From assembly GCA_040386195.1 (NCBI GenBank), contig JAZKFV010000021.1, positions 8,923 to 72,922 on the forward strand: a DNA stretch of 64,000 nucleotides, written 5' to 3'. The notes under the pieces were generated by a model that ran no database searches, was not told the DNA's origin, and was given only the letters and a program-made list of their open reading frames with translations. A program made the translations under genes and the position numbers. Origin of the DNA: Pseudomonadota bacterium. GTDB lineage: Bacteria > Pseudomonadota > Alphaproteobacteria > Rickettsiales > UBA1997. Positions 20,431 to 29,800 of this stretch are shown here, piece after piece (positions within the stretch are counted from its first letter, which is position 1; every line of letters begins with the position of its first letter).

Positions 20431-20735
20431 TCTTCGCATAAAAGCTTCCAGTTCAATATTTGCAATAACAAATACAGAATCTATATTTTCTACGATTATT
20501 CACCAAAAAAGATGTAACACTGAATTGAGGGAATAATTTATTCTTCTTGCGATTCTAAAAAACTTTACGATCTAAATGGAGAATTATTATGAGGAACAGA
20601 GAACGAAATTATACGAAGCAAATCTTGTATTTTTTCAATAATTTGTTGGTTTTATTTTTTAATAAAGCCGCTTAGATAATACAACCCCTTATCTTACAGG
20701 TAGCAGTTAGGGTGCTTTTACTTTTATATAACCTT

Positions 20736-20763
20736 ATTTTACATAATATACATTATACAATTA
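20736..20763 (-). other. dif: Putative dif site (XerC/XerD chromosome dimer resolution)
   Basis: Minus strand TAATTGTATAA-TGTATA-TTATGTAAAAT versus E. coli GGTGCGCATAA-TGTATA-TTATGTTAAAT: identical spacer, XerD arm 10/11; lies in a 600-bp intergenic gap. Confidence 0.8.
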
Positions 20764-20960
20764 TTAACCAAAGTTAAAAACAGAGTGGGTTTTGTGGATT
20801 TTGATTTTAAAAAAGCTTTTTAAAAACAGACCCTTCCTCTGATTTTCTAATGAAACAATTTTTTTGATCTAAATCAATCAATATAAAAAACCAGTCAGCT
20901 GTTGATTTTTATCTCTGTTCACAAATAATCTCGCGATCTTAAAAATACTAAAAATTCTTA

Positions 20961-21959
20961 ATGAAAAACCCTATAAAAAATAACTCAAAACAATCTTCCA
21001 AAGTTACTATTATTGGTTCTGGAGCTTGGGGATTGGCGATTGCTGAGCTTTTGGCTCGCAACAATCAAAAAGTTTTTGTTTTCTCTCAATATAAGACTGA
21101 GGCAGAAAATATTAATGAGCAATATTCACACCTAACCTTCCCTATATCATCTAGCAATAATCTAAAGCTAGCCATCAAAGACAGTGATTTTATTTTTATA
21201 GTTGTTCCTTCGAACGCGGTGTTGTCGGTTTTAAAATCTCTGGCGCAAGAAAAAATTTCTCACAAAACCAGAATAATTATCTGCTCCAAAGGCATTGAAA
21301 GCAAAGGCTTGCAGCTTTTTAGTGATTGCGTTCAAAAAGAACTTCCTAAAAATAATTACGCCATATTATCTGGCCCAAACTTTGCCAGCGAAGTTACTAA
21401 ACTACTACCAACCACCACCAACATTGCCTCGGAAGATAAAAAAACCGCTCTTGAAATTGTTGATCTGTTAAAAAATGATAATTTTTTGCCGATTATTTCC
21501 AGCGATGTTGTTTCAACTCAAATTTTTGGATCAATTAAAAATATTCTGGCGATTGGTTGCGGCATTATTGATGGCTTAAAATTAGGCGAAAATGCCAAGG
21601 CAGCATTGGTTTTGAAGGGAATTTTGGAAGCTAGTTTATTAATTAAAAAATTGGGCGGCAAAGCTGAAAAAAGCTTTATTTCTCCTTCTGGTTTGGGTGA
21701 TTTATTTTTAACCTGCTCAAGCAAAAAATCTCGCAACAACTCTTTGGGTTGTTTGATTGGCAGCGGCAAAAATATTAAAGAAATTTTAAGTAGCGGCAAA
21801 ACTTTTGAGGGCTTTCACGCTTCTAAATCAATGATCCAATTCGCCAAAAAACACCAAATTACCCTGCCCCTTTGTGAAAAAATTAATCAGATTTTACAAG
21901 GTCAATTCACTACCAAAGAGATTAAAAATATTATTTCCAACGCAATTTTATCTAATTAA
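20961..21959 (+). CDS. gpsA: NAD(P)H-dependent glycerol-3-phosphate dehydrogenase
   Basis: [39 protein letters not shown]...SRN. Confidence 0.96.
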   Translation: MKNPIKNNSKQSSKVTIIGSGAWGLAIAELLARNNQKVFVFSQYKTEAENINEQYSHLTFPISSSNNLKLAIKDSDFIFIVVPSNAVLSVLKSLAQEKISHKTRIIICSKGIESKGLQLFSDCVQKELPKNNYAILSGPNFASEVTKLLPTTTNIASEDKKTALEIVDLLKNDNFLPIISSDVVSTQIFGSIKNILAIGCGIIDGLKLGENAKAALVLKGILEASLLIKKLGGKAEKSFISPSGLGDLFLTCSSKKSRNNSLGCLIGSGKNIKEILSSGKTFEGFHASKSMIQFAKKHQITLPLCEKINQILQGQFTTKEIKNIISNAILSN

Positions 21960-21961
21960 AA

Positions 21962-23491
21962 ATGATCCTTATTATCGACTTTGGCAGCCAAGTTACGCAA
22001 CTAATCGCCCGCAGAATCCGTGAACTTAATGTCTATTCAGAAATCAAAAATCCGGGAATTTCTCTGGAAGAAATTAAAAAGATCAATCCTAAAGCAATCA
22101 TATTTTCCGGTGGTCCAGAATCAGTTTATGAGTCAGGCGCGCCAACAATTGATGCTAAAGTTTTTGATCTGGGCTTACCAATTTTAGGAATTTGTTATGG
22201 GCAGCAACTCATATGCCACCTGCTTGGCGGCAAAGTTGAAAGTTCTCAAGAAAGAGGATTTGGCAAATCTATGCTTAAAATTAATGATGATACAGATTTG
22301 CTAAGTGGCTTAGGATCTTCAAGCCAAGTTTGGATGAGTCATGGTGATCATATCAGTAAAATTCCAGATAATTTTGAAGTTATCGCCAGCGCGGGGAGCG
22401 CGCCGTCAGCCGCCATTGCCGATCATAAAAGAAAAATCTATGGCGTGCAATTTCACCCAGAAGTTGAACATTCTTTAGATGGCAAAAAAATCTTAGAAAA
22501 TTTTGTTATCAACATTGCCGGCTGTAAGCGGGATTGGACAATGGGTAATTTTATGGATGAACAAATTACTGAAATTAAAGCCAAAGTTGGTGATAAAAAA
22601 GTTATTTGCGGACTTTCTGGTGGTGTTGATTCTTCAGTTGTTGCCGCTTTAATTCATAAAGCAATTGGCAAACAACTAACTTGTATTTTTGTTGATCATG
22701 GGCTACTTAGAAAGGACGAGGGCAAACAAGTTAAAGTAGTTTTTGAAGATCACTTTGGAGTTAATTTAATTTATATCGATGCAGCAAAATTGTTTTTAGA
22801 TAACCTAAAAGGAATTTCTGACCCTGAGCAAAAACGCAAAATTATCGGCAAAACTTTTATTGATATTTTTGATGCTGAAGCCGCTAAAATTAAAGACGCT
22901 GAATTTTTAGCCCAAGGCACTTTATACCCCGATGTTATTGAGTCGGCGCATCCAAATAGCGGCAAAAGCCACACCATAAAATCGCATCACAATGTTGGTG
23001 GTTTGCCGGAAAATATGAAACTAAAACTTCTTGAGCCAGTGCGCACTTTGTTTAAAGACGAAGTTAGAAAATTAGGCACCGAACTTGGTCTAACTTATCA
23101 AATGATCTCCCGCCATCCCTTCCCTGGCCCGGGTTTAGCAATTAGAATTCCCGGCGAAATTACCGAAGAAAAAATCAAAATCCTCCAAGAAGCCGACGCA
23201 ATTTATTTAGACGAAATCAGAAAATTCGGCCTCTACGATAAAATCTGGCAAGCCTTCTGCGTTCTACTTCCAGTAAAAACCGTCGGCGTTATGGGCGACG
23301 GCCGAACCTACGAATATGTTTTAGCTCTCAGAGCCGTAACCTCCACCGACGGAATGACCGCTGATATTTATCCATTTTCATATGAATTTTTAACTTCAGC
23401 CACCAACCGCATCATTGGCGAAGTACGCGGCATCAATCGGGTGGTTTATGACGTCACCTCCAAACCGCCGGGAACAATTGAGTGGGAATAA
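21962..23491 (+). CDS. guaA: GMP synthase (glutamine-hydrolysing)
   Basis: [47 protein letters not shown]. Confidence 0.98.
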   Translation: MILIIDFGSQVTQLIARRIRELNVYSEIKNPGISLEEIKKINPKAIIFSGGPESVYESGAPTIDAKVFDLGLPILGICYGQQLICHLLGGKVESSQERGFGKSMLKINDDTDLLSGLGSSSQVWMSHGDHISKIPDNFEVIASAGSAPSAAIADHKRKIYGVQFHPEVEHSLDGKKILENFVINIAGCKRDWTMGNFMDEQITEIKAKVGDKKVICGLSGGVDSSVVAALIHKAIGKQLTCIFVDHGLLRKDEGKQVKVVFEDHFGVNLIYIDAAKLFLDNLKGISDPEQKRKIIGKTFIDIFDAEAAKIKDAEFLAQGTLYPDVIESAHPNSGKSHTIKSHHNVGGLPENMKLKLLEPVRTLFKDEVRKLGTELGLTYQMISRHPFPGPGLAIRIPGEITEEKIKILQEADAIYLDEIRKFGLYDKIWQAFCVLLPVKTVGVMGDGRTYEYVLALRAVTSTDGMTADIYPFSYEFLTSATNRIIGEVRGINRVVYDVTSKPPGTIEWE

Positions 23492-23493
23492 AA

Positions 23494-23742
23494 ATGAACA
23501 ACAATAAGCGGACAATCGGAATAGATATCACAGGTGATGATAATAAAATCACCGATAATGAATTTATTAATCTTGATATTGGCATCAGAAGTAAAGGCGC
23601 TAATACAATTGCTTCTGGAAATAAATTTTCTAAAACCAAAAACAGCAAAATAACAAAAGATAGGTGGCATCAAAAATGGTGGGGTCAAATAGCTACAGGA
23701 TTAATTATTAGTTATATTATTTATTATTTTGGGTGGAATTAG
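23494..23742 (+). CDS. Small orphan with two beta-helix-like repeats and a C-terminal TM anchor
   Basis: GIDITGDDNKITDNEF and GIRSKGANTIASGNKF repeats; hydrophobic tail ending YYFGWN; ATG 2 nt after the guaA stop. Confidence 0.6.
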   Translation: MNNNKRTIGIDITGDDNKITDNEFINLDIGIRSKGANTIASGNKFSKTKNSKITKDRWHQKWWGQIATGLIISYIIYYFGWN

Positions 23743-23745
23743 GAT

Positions 23746-24303
23746 ATGCCCATGTTTTTTGAAATTATTATAATTGGTTTAATTCTAAGTGCCGATTCTT
23801 TTTCAGCTGCTGTAGCGATGGGAACGAGGAAATTTTCTGGGAAGGATGCTTTAAAATTTGCTTTTACTTCTGGCATTGCCGAAGGTTTGGTGGCTTTGTT
23901 TGGGGCTTTTGCTGGTGGTTATTTGGTTAAGAAATTTTCGGCGATAGATCATTGGGTTGCATTTGGGTTGTTGATGGCGGTGGCGATTCATATGGCTTAT
24001 GAAGGAATTGTTGATTTGGTAAGTAAGAATAAAAAAGCAGAGCAAGTTGATTTTCATAGTTTTTTTAAAATTTTAATTGTCTCTTTGGCAACCAGCCTTG
24101 ATGCTTTTGGAGTTGGAATTGGTTTGGGTGTTGCTGAAAAACCAATTGCGCTTTATATAATTTCAATTGCATTTTGGGCTTTTGCAGCAACTATTGCGGG
24201 GCTTTATTTGGCAAAAAAACTATCGGATAAATTTGGCTCAATTGTCACTTTATTTGGGGCAATTGTGTTGGCAATTATAGCATTTGAAATGTTAAAGATT
24301 TAA
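23746..24303 (+). CDS. mntP: Manganese efflux pump MntP family protein
   Basis: LSADSFSAA, IDHWVAFGLL, ATSLDAFGVG; about six TMs. Confidence 0.9.
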   Translation: MPMFFEIIIIGLILSADSFSAAVAMGTRKFSGKDALKFAFTSGIAEGLVALFGAFAGGYLVKKFSAIDHWVAFGLLMAVAIHMAYEGIVDLVSKNKKAEQVDFHSFFKILIVSLATSLDAFGVGIGLGVAEKPIALYIISIAFWAFAATIAGLYLAKKLSDKFGSIVTLFGAIVLAIIAFEMLKI

Positions 24304-24335
24304 TCTAAATTCCTTTTAAAAAATTTATAAAATTT

Positions 24336-25655
24336 ATGACACAATTCACTCTTCCTTATAATTCACCAATTAATAAAGATAAAAAAATCGCTTATATCAA
24401 TGCGCGGATAATTGATCCGCAAACCAAGTTTGATAAGGTTGGGCAGCTTTTGACTATTGGAGATAAAATTGCTGATTTTGGGGAGAATATCCAATTGCCG
24501 CAAGATGCTGAAATTGTTGATTGCAAAGGCAATGTGCTTTGCCCGGGGTTGATTGATATTCAGGTGCATTTTAGAGAGCCGGGGCAAACTCATAAGGAAG
24601 ATTTGGCTTCGGGCAGTAAATCTGCGGTTGCGGGCGGAATCACAACTGTTGTTTGCCAACCAAATACTGCTCCGGTTTTGGATTCAGTGATGACTTTGGA
24701 ATATTTACGCCTCAAAGCTAAAGAAACTGCTTACTGCAACATTCGCGCTTATGCGGCGATTACTAAAGGAATGAAAGGTGAAGAAATTTCTGATATGCAT
24801 AGTTTGAAAGAGGCTGGCGCGGTTGGGTTCACGGATGATGGTTTGCCGGTGATGAATGCTAATGTGATGCGTCGGGCGATGGAATATGCTAAGAATTTGA
24901 ATGTGCCAGTGGCGCAGCATGCCGAAGATTTAAATTTAACTAATAAAGGTTGCATCAATGAAGGCGCAGTTTCATTGGAATTAGGCGTGCGTGGCATTCC
25001 AAATATTTCTGAATCAGTAATTGTTGAGCGCGATTTAGCTATATTGGAAGCGGTTGGTGGGCATTATCATTTGTTGCATTGTTCAACCAAAGAAGCTTTG
25101 GATGCGATTAGAAGAGCTAAAGCTAAAGGCTTGAAAGCCACAGCAGAAGTTTCTCCGCATCATTTCACATTAAACGATCAAGCAGTTTTACAGCATGGCA
25201 CTAACGCTAAAATGAATCCACCACTGCGCAGTGAAGAAGATCGCTTGGCGTTAATTGAAGGTTTGAAAGATGGAACCATCGACGCCATCGCCACTGACCA
25301 CGCTCCACACGATATAACTTCTAAAAATAAACCATTAGAAGAAGCGACATTTGGAATTGTTGGGGTGGAAACAATGTTGCCTTTGTCTCTAGCCTTATAT
25401 CACAACGGCTCCCTGCCCTTGATTGATTTGCTGGCAACGATGACTTACAAAGCCGCAGATATAATTCATTTTGATGGCGGCAGAATTGCCAAAGGCGCGC
25501 AGGCGGATTTAGTATTGATAGATTTAAACCAGGAATGGAAAATTGAGCCGGAAAAATTTTACAGCAAGTCCAAAAACTCTCCTTTTGTTAATACCAAAGT
25601 GAAAGGTCGAGCCGTTAAAACCGTTGTTGGCGGCGTTATAGTTTATCAAATCTAA
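24336..25655 (+). CDS. pyrC: Dihydroorotase (long form)
   Basis: PGLIDIQVHFREPG, SAVAGG.T, KMNPPLR, IATDHAPH, SKSKNSPF. The first metal His of HxH reads Gln. Confidence 0.9.
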   Translation: MTQFTLPYNSPINKDKKIAYINARIIDPQTKFDKVGQLLTIGDKIADFGENIQLPQDAEIVDCKGNVLCPGLIDIQVHFREPGQTHKEDLASGSKSAVAGGITTVVCQPNTAPVLDSVMTLEYLRLKAKETAYCNIRAYAAITKGMKGEEISDMHSLKEAGAVGFTDDGLPVMNANVMRRAMEYAKNLNVPVAQHAEDLNLTNKGCINEGAVSLELGVRGIPNISESVIVERDLAILEAVGGHYHLLHCSTKEALDAIRRAKAKGLKATAEVSPHHFTLNDQAVLQHGTNAKMNPPLRSEEDRLALIEGLKDGTIDAIATDHAPHDITSKNKPLEEATFGIVGVETMLPLSLALYHNGSLPLIDLLATMTYKAADIIHFDGGRIAKGAQADLVLIDLNQEWKIEPEKFYSKSKNSPFVNTKVKGRAVKTVVGGVIVYQI

Positions 25656-25664
25656 ATTCTTAAT

Positions 25665-27656
25665 ATGCATCTTCCCAAAATATTATCTAATCACTCGGCT
25701 CAACGTTTGTCGTCTTATAAAAGAACACCAATAATGATCGGCATAATTGTGGCGCTAGGCATTGTTTATGGCGACATCGGAACTTCACCGCTTTATGTGA
25801 TGAAGGCAATTATTGCCGATAAAGTTATCAGCGAGCTTTTGATTTTGGGTAGTTTGTCTTGCATTTTTTGGACATTAACTTTGCAGACCACTTTAAAATA
25901 TGTAGTCATCATTCTAAGAGCGGATCGTAAGGGTCAAGGTGGTCTTTTAGCTTTATATTCTCTGATTAAAAAAGGTAAAAATTGGTGGCTAGTTTTCTTC
26001 GCCATTACCGGAACCTCAATGCTTTTGGCTGACGGATTAATAACGCCAGCAATCTCGGTTTCATCTGCGGTTGAAGGTTTGCGCATTATTCATCCAGAAA
26101 TAAATACCCTACCAATTGTTATCACAATTTTATTTGTTTTATTCGCAGTTCAGCGTCTTGGAACCAATATCGTTGGTGGTTTTTTTGGCATATTAGTTTT
26201 GATTTGGTTTTCAATGATTGGCGGTTTTGGAATTAATAGTATTTTGAGCGATCCAACCATTTTCAAAGCAATCAATCCAATCTATGCTTATCAACTTTTA
26301 ACTCATTATCCACAAGGCTTCTGGCTTTTGGGCGCAGTATTTTTATGTACCACCGGCGCCGAAGCTTTATATTCTGATTTGGGACATTGTGATCGCAAGA
26401 GCATTCGTATTGGATGGAGTTTTGTTAAAACCGCTTTGTTACTCAACTATTTTGGTCAAGGAGCGTGGTTATTATCAGGCTCTAGTGGCATCGTTCTTGA
26501 TCGTGAGATTAATCCATTTTATTCAATAATTCCTGATTGGTTTTTATTGCCCAGCATTGCCATTGCAACAGCGGCAACAGTTATCGCCAGCCAAGCTCTG
26601 ATTAGCGGTTCTTTCACTTTAATCAACGAAGCCGCCCGATTAAATTTATGGCCAAAGCTTAGAACTCAATATCCAACCGACCAAAGAGGGCAAATTTTTA
26701 TGCCATTAATTAATTGGTTTTTGTGTTTTGGTTGTATTGGCGTCACTTTATATTTTGGGGAATCTTCTAATATGGAGGCAGCTTATGGATTGGCAGTTGT
26801 TGCCACCATGATTTGCACCACCTGTCTTTTTATCGCTTATTTAAGTTGTCGCAAAGTTTCCAAACTCATCATCTATCCCTTCGCGGCAATATATTTAACA
26901 ATTGAAGGCGGATTTTTAATCGCCAATTTGGCAAAATTTGTTCATGGTGGCTGGATAGTTTTAATAGTAGGAATGCTCCTTTTCTTTATAATGTGGACTT
27001 GGTATCAAGCCAAAATCTTTAAAAGAAGACACACCAAATTCACCGATTTTAACGAGGTTTTGCCATTATTAGTTGATTTGAGTAACGACAACACAATTCC
27101 TAAAGTTGCCACTCATTTAGTTTATATGACCTCATCAGATTCTGCCGATGAAATTGAAACTAAAATTATGTATTCCCTTCTCGAGCGCCAACCCAAAAGG
27201 GCTGATATGTATTGGTTTGTCCACATTGAAATTGTTGATGATCCTTATCTTTATGATTACAAAGTCAATATTCTAGCACCTAAAGACGCAGTTAGAATTG
27301 ACTTCAGGCTTGGTTTTAGAGTTGAGCCGAGAATTCAATTATTCTTCAGCAAAATCTTGGAAGAGCTGGTTAAAAACGGCGAGATTAATGTGGTTAATCA
27401 CTACGAATATAAAAAACGTCAAAATGTTTTTGGTGATGTAAGTTTCGTATTCTTGAAAAAATTTATCGCCAATTATCATTATCTGCCTTTCCACCAAAGA
27501 TTTGTGATTAGCGCTTATTATTTAATCAATCGCATTGCCGTTTCTGAAGATAGTGCTTTTGGTATCGACGATCCAGATTCTATCATCATCGAGAAGGTTC
27601 CAATTATTTTTAAAGCACCAGCTGGCGATATTAATTTGCACCGGGTTTTTGATTAA
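25665..27656 (+). CDS. kup: KUP/HAK/KT potassium transporter
   Basis: ALGIVYGDIGTSPLY, TPAISVSSAVEG, TGAEALYSDLGH, AAYGLAV. Confidence 0.95.
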   Translation: MHLPKILSNHSAQRLSSYKRTPIMIGIIVALGIVYGDIGTSPLYVMKAIIADKVISELLILGSLSCIFWTLTLQTTLKYVVIILRADRKGQGGLLALYSLIKKGKNWWLVFFAITGTSMLLADGLITPAISVSSAVEGLRIIHPEINTLPIVITILFVLFAVQRLGTNIVGGFFGILVLIWFSMIGGFGINSILSDPTIFKAINPIYAYQLLTHYPQGFWLLGAVFLCTTGAEALYSDLGHCDRKSIRIGWSFVKTALLLNYFGQGAWLLSGSSGIVLDREINPFYSIIPDWFLLPSIAIATAATVIASQALISGSFTLINEAARLNLWPKLRTQYPTDQRGQIFMPLINWFLCFGCIGVTLYFGESSNMEAAYGLAVVATMICTTCLFIAYLSCRKVSKLIIYPFAAIYLTIEGGFLIANLAKFVHGGWIVLIVGMLLFFIMWTWYQAKIFKRRHTKFTDFNEVLPLLVDLSNDNTIPKVATHLVYMTSSDSADEIETKIMYSLLERQPKRADMYWFVHIEIVDDPYLYDYKVNILAPKDAVRIDFRLGFRVEPRIQLFFSKILEELVKNGEINVVNHYEYKKRQNVFGDVSFVFLKKFIANYHYLPFHQRFVISAYYLINRIAVSEDSAFGIDDPDSIIIEKVPIIFKAPAGDINLHRVFD

Positions 27657-27674
27657 AATTTTTCTAAAAAATAC

Positions 27675-27702
27675 TTTACTTATCGAGAATCACAACTATG
27701 AT
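27675..27702 (+). promoter_or_regulatory. Candidate sigma70 promoter for tRNA-Leu, overlapping a 9-bp-arm hairpin
   Basis: TTTACT-16nt-TATGAT ending 17 nt before the tRNA; inverted repeat CGAGAATCA/TGATTCTCG at 27684-27707. Confidence 0.35.
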
Positions 27703-27719
27703 TCTCGCTGGTTTTTTGT

Positions 27720-27806
27720 GCCTCTGTGGCGGAATTGGTAGACGCGATAGACTCAAAATCTATTATCCCTCGGGATGTGTCCGTTCAAGTCGGATCGGAG
27801 GTACCA
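27720..27806 (+). tRNA. tRNA-Leu (CAA)
   Basis: Acceptor GCCTCTG/CGGAGGT, D-loop GGAATTGGTAGAC, anticodon arm ATAGA-CTCAAAA-TCTAT, long variable arm, T-loop GTTCAAGTC, encoded CCA. Confidence 0.96.
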
Positions 27807-27843
27807 TATATTTTCTACCACTCACCTTTCGCTATTACCAAAT

Positions 27844-28641
27844 ATGGATCTGATAGCAATTTTCAAAGCAGCTTTACTTGGAATTATTGAAGGTCTAACC
27901 GAATTTATTCCCGTCTCTTCCACCGCCCATCTTCTTTTATCAGCAAAATTTATTGATTTTTCTTATATCAAAAATGATGTTTTTGAAATCGTCATTCAAC
28001 TTGGCGCAATCTTAGCGGTTGTTGTGTTTTATCATAAAAAAATTACTCAACTAGTTTTAGGAATTTTCACCCAAAAATCTTCACAAAATTTTTCTTTAAA
28101 TATCTTAATCGCCTTTTTACCCGCCGCTATTTTTGGTTTTTGTTTCCACAAAATCATCAAATTGCTATTTTTCAATCCGCTATCAATCGCCATAACTCTA
28201 ATCACCGGCGGAATAGCTATTCTATTAGTTGAAAGACTCAATATAAAACCTCAATATTTAGAAGTTGAAAAATTATCCAAATGGCAATCTTTAAAAATTG
28301 GTTTATTTCAAATTTTGGCAATGATGCCCGGAGTTTCAAGATCGGGGGCAACAATTATTGGCGGATTACTTCTAAAATTAGATCGCAAAACCGCTACTGA
28401 ATTTTCTTTTTTTCTTTCCATTCCCACCATTTTCGCCGCTTCAATATTCGACTTTTATAAAAATTATCAATCGTTGGACAATTCCAAATTAGGATTATTA
28501 GCAATTGGCTTTATCACTTCCTTTTTCTCCGCTTTGATTGTTATCAAATGGTTCATAAATTTTGTCAGCCACCACAATTTTTCCGTCTTCGCCTACTACA
28601 GAATATTGCTCGGCAGCATAATCATTTACGCCATCATTTAA
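27844..28641 (+). CDS. uppP: Undecaprenyl-diphosphate phosphatase
   Basis: LGIIEGLTEFIPVSSTAH, IQLGAILA, PGVSRSGATI. Start moved to ATG 27844 because 27775 lies inside the tRNA. Confidence 0.96.
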   Translation: MDLIAIFKAALLGIIEGLTEFIPVSSTAHLLLSAKFIDFSYIKNDVFEIVIQLGAILAVVVFYHKKITQLVLGIFTQKSSQNFSLNILIAFLPAAIFGFCFHKIIKLLFFNPLSIAITLITGGIAILLVERLNIKPQYLEVEKLSKWQSLKIGLFQILAMMPGVSRSGATIIGGLLLKLDRKTATEFSFFLSIPTIFAASIFDFYKNYQSLDNSKLGLLAIGFITSFFSALIVIKWFINFVSHHNFSVFAYYRILLGSIIIYAII

Positions 28642-28642
28642 T

Positions 28643-29800
28643 ATGATCGAAGTTAAAAAATACGATTCTCAAGGACAAGAGCTGGCAATTCGTTTTGGTC
28701 TGGGCGGCATTAAGGCAGTTGGCGTGGGAATGGTTGAGGAGATGATTAAAAACCGCCAGCAAAATGGTGGCTTTCAAGATATTTATGATTTTGCCAGCAA
28801 AGCCGGTTCCAAAGCAATTAACAAAAAAGCGCTGGAAGCTTTGGCAAAATCTGGCGCTTTTGACAATATTCATCAAGGCCGCAACCAAATTGTTGAGTCA
28901 GTAGAAACCATTTGCAAATACGCCGCCGCCAAAGAAGAGGAAAAAAACAGCAACCAAATGAGTCTTTTTGGCGCCTCACAAATCATTGAAGAAAAACCCG
29001 CTTTAAAACAAGTTGCAGATTGGGAAGCGGATAAAAAATTGCAGGAGGAATTTAAGGCTTTTGGCTTTTTTTTGAACGAACATCCAATTGATAATTTCTT
29101 AGAGGCGCTTGGCAAAAGAGGAGTTATTTCATCTGAAAATATAGAAGAATTAAATGATGGAAATATTGTCAAATTAGCCGGCGTTGTAGCTTATAGCAAA
29201 CATAAATCCGGCCCTAAAGGTCGCTACGCTTATCTAACTTTATCCGACCCATTTGGAATATATGAAACAGCAATTTTTGATGAGGGTTTAATTACCATTC
29301 ATCGCGATGCAATGAGTGACGGCAACAGTTTGGTGGTTGAATGTTTAATTAGAAAAGACCAAGGCGGATCAAGATTGTTGGTAAAATCAATTGAAAAATT
29401 GGAAGATTTTATCAAACATAATCACCCTAAAAAAGAAATTTATAAAGACATTAAACAGCAAGAAAAACGCGGTGAGTTTGATTGGAAAAAACGCAATAAA
29501 GAAAAGAGCGACGCAAAAGGTGATTCAGTAGTTCAAGATCTGGAATATAGAAGAAGAATTGACGGGCTAAAAAACAAAAAAATTATCGATCAAATCGAAA
29601 TTAAAATCAAAGATCGCCACAGCGTTTTGCAACTTAAAAGCTTTTTATCACAAAGATTAGCTCCGGAAGATTTTGAAAAATTCAGTAAGGTGTATTTTTT
29701 AATCGCAGGTGACGACGAAAATCTAGTCAAAATTGCAGTTGAAGGTAAATATTTGCTCGATGAAAACGATCTAAATAAAATCCAAAATTTAGTTCGCTAA
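28643..29800 (+). CDS. dnaE: DNA polymerase III alpha subunit, C-terminal part only (HhH, clamp-binding motif, OB fold, CTD)
   Basis: IRFGLGGIKAVG, INKKALEALAKSGAFD, QMSLF, EFKAFGFFLNEHP, OB fold VKLAGVV...YAYLTLSDP.G.YE..IF; lacks PHP, palm and thumb. Confidence 0.9.
   Translation: MIEVKKYDSQGQELAIRFGLGGIKAVGVGMVEEMIKNRQQNGGFQDIYDFASKAGSKAINKKALEALAKSGAFDNIHQGRNQIVESVETICKYAAAKEEEKNSNQMSLFGASQIIEEKPALKQVADWEADKKLQEEFKAFGFFLNEHPIDNFLEALGKRGVISSENIEELNDGNIVKLAGVVAYSKHKSGPKGRYAYLTLSDPFGIYETAIFDEGLITIHRDAMSDGNSLVVECLIRKDQGGSRLLVKSIEKLEDFIKHNHPKKEIYKDIKQQEKRGEFDWKKRNKEKSDAKGDSVVQDLEYRRRIDGLKNKKIIDQIEIKIKDRHSVLQLKSFLSQRLAPEDFEKFSKVYFLIAGDDENLVKIAVEGKYLLDENDLNKIQNLVR

Noticed and set aside
20589-20675. 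28-codon ORF with an upstream GGAG
   Set aside because: Too short and without a motif; not supported as a CDS.
27775-27843. N-terminal extension of uppP in the ORF track
   Set aside because: It overlaps tRNA-Leu; ATG 27844 fits the family start.
28643-28700. Split-intein C-fragment at the start of the dnaE piece
   Set aside because: MIEVKK superficially recalls intein-C starts, but there is no block F/G motif or Asn-Cys/Ser junction.
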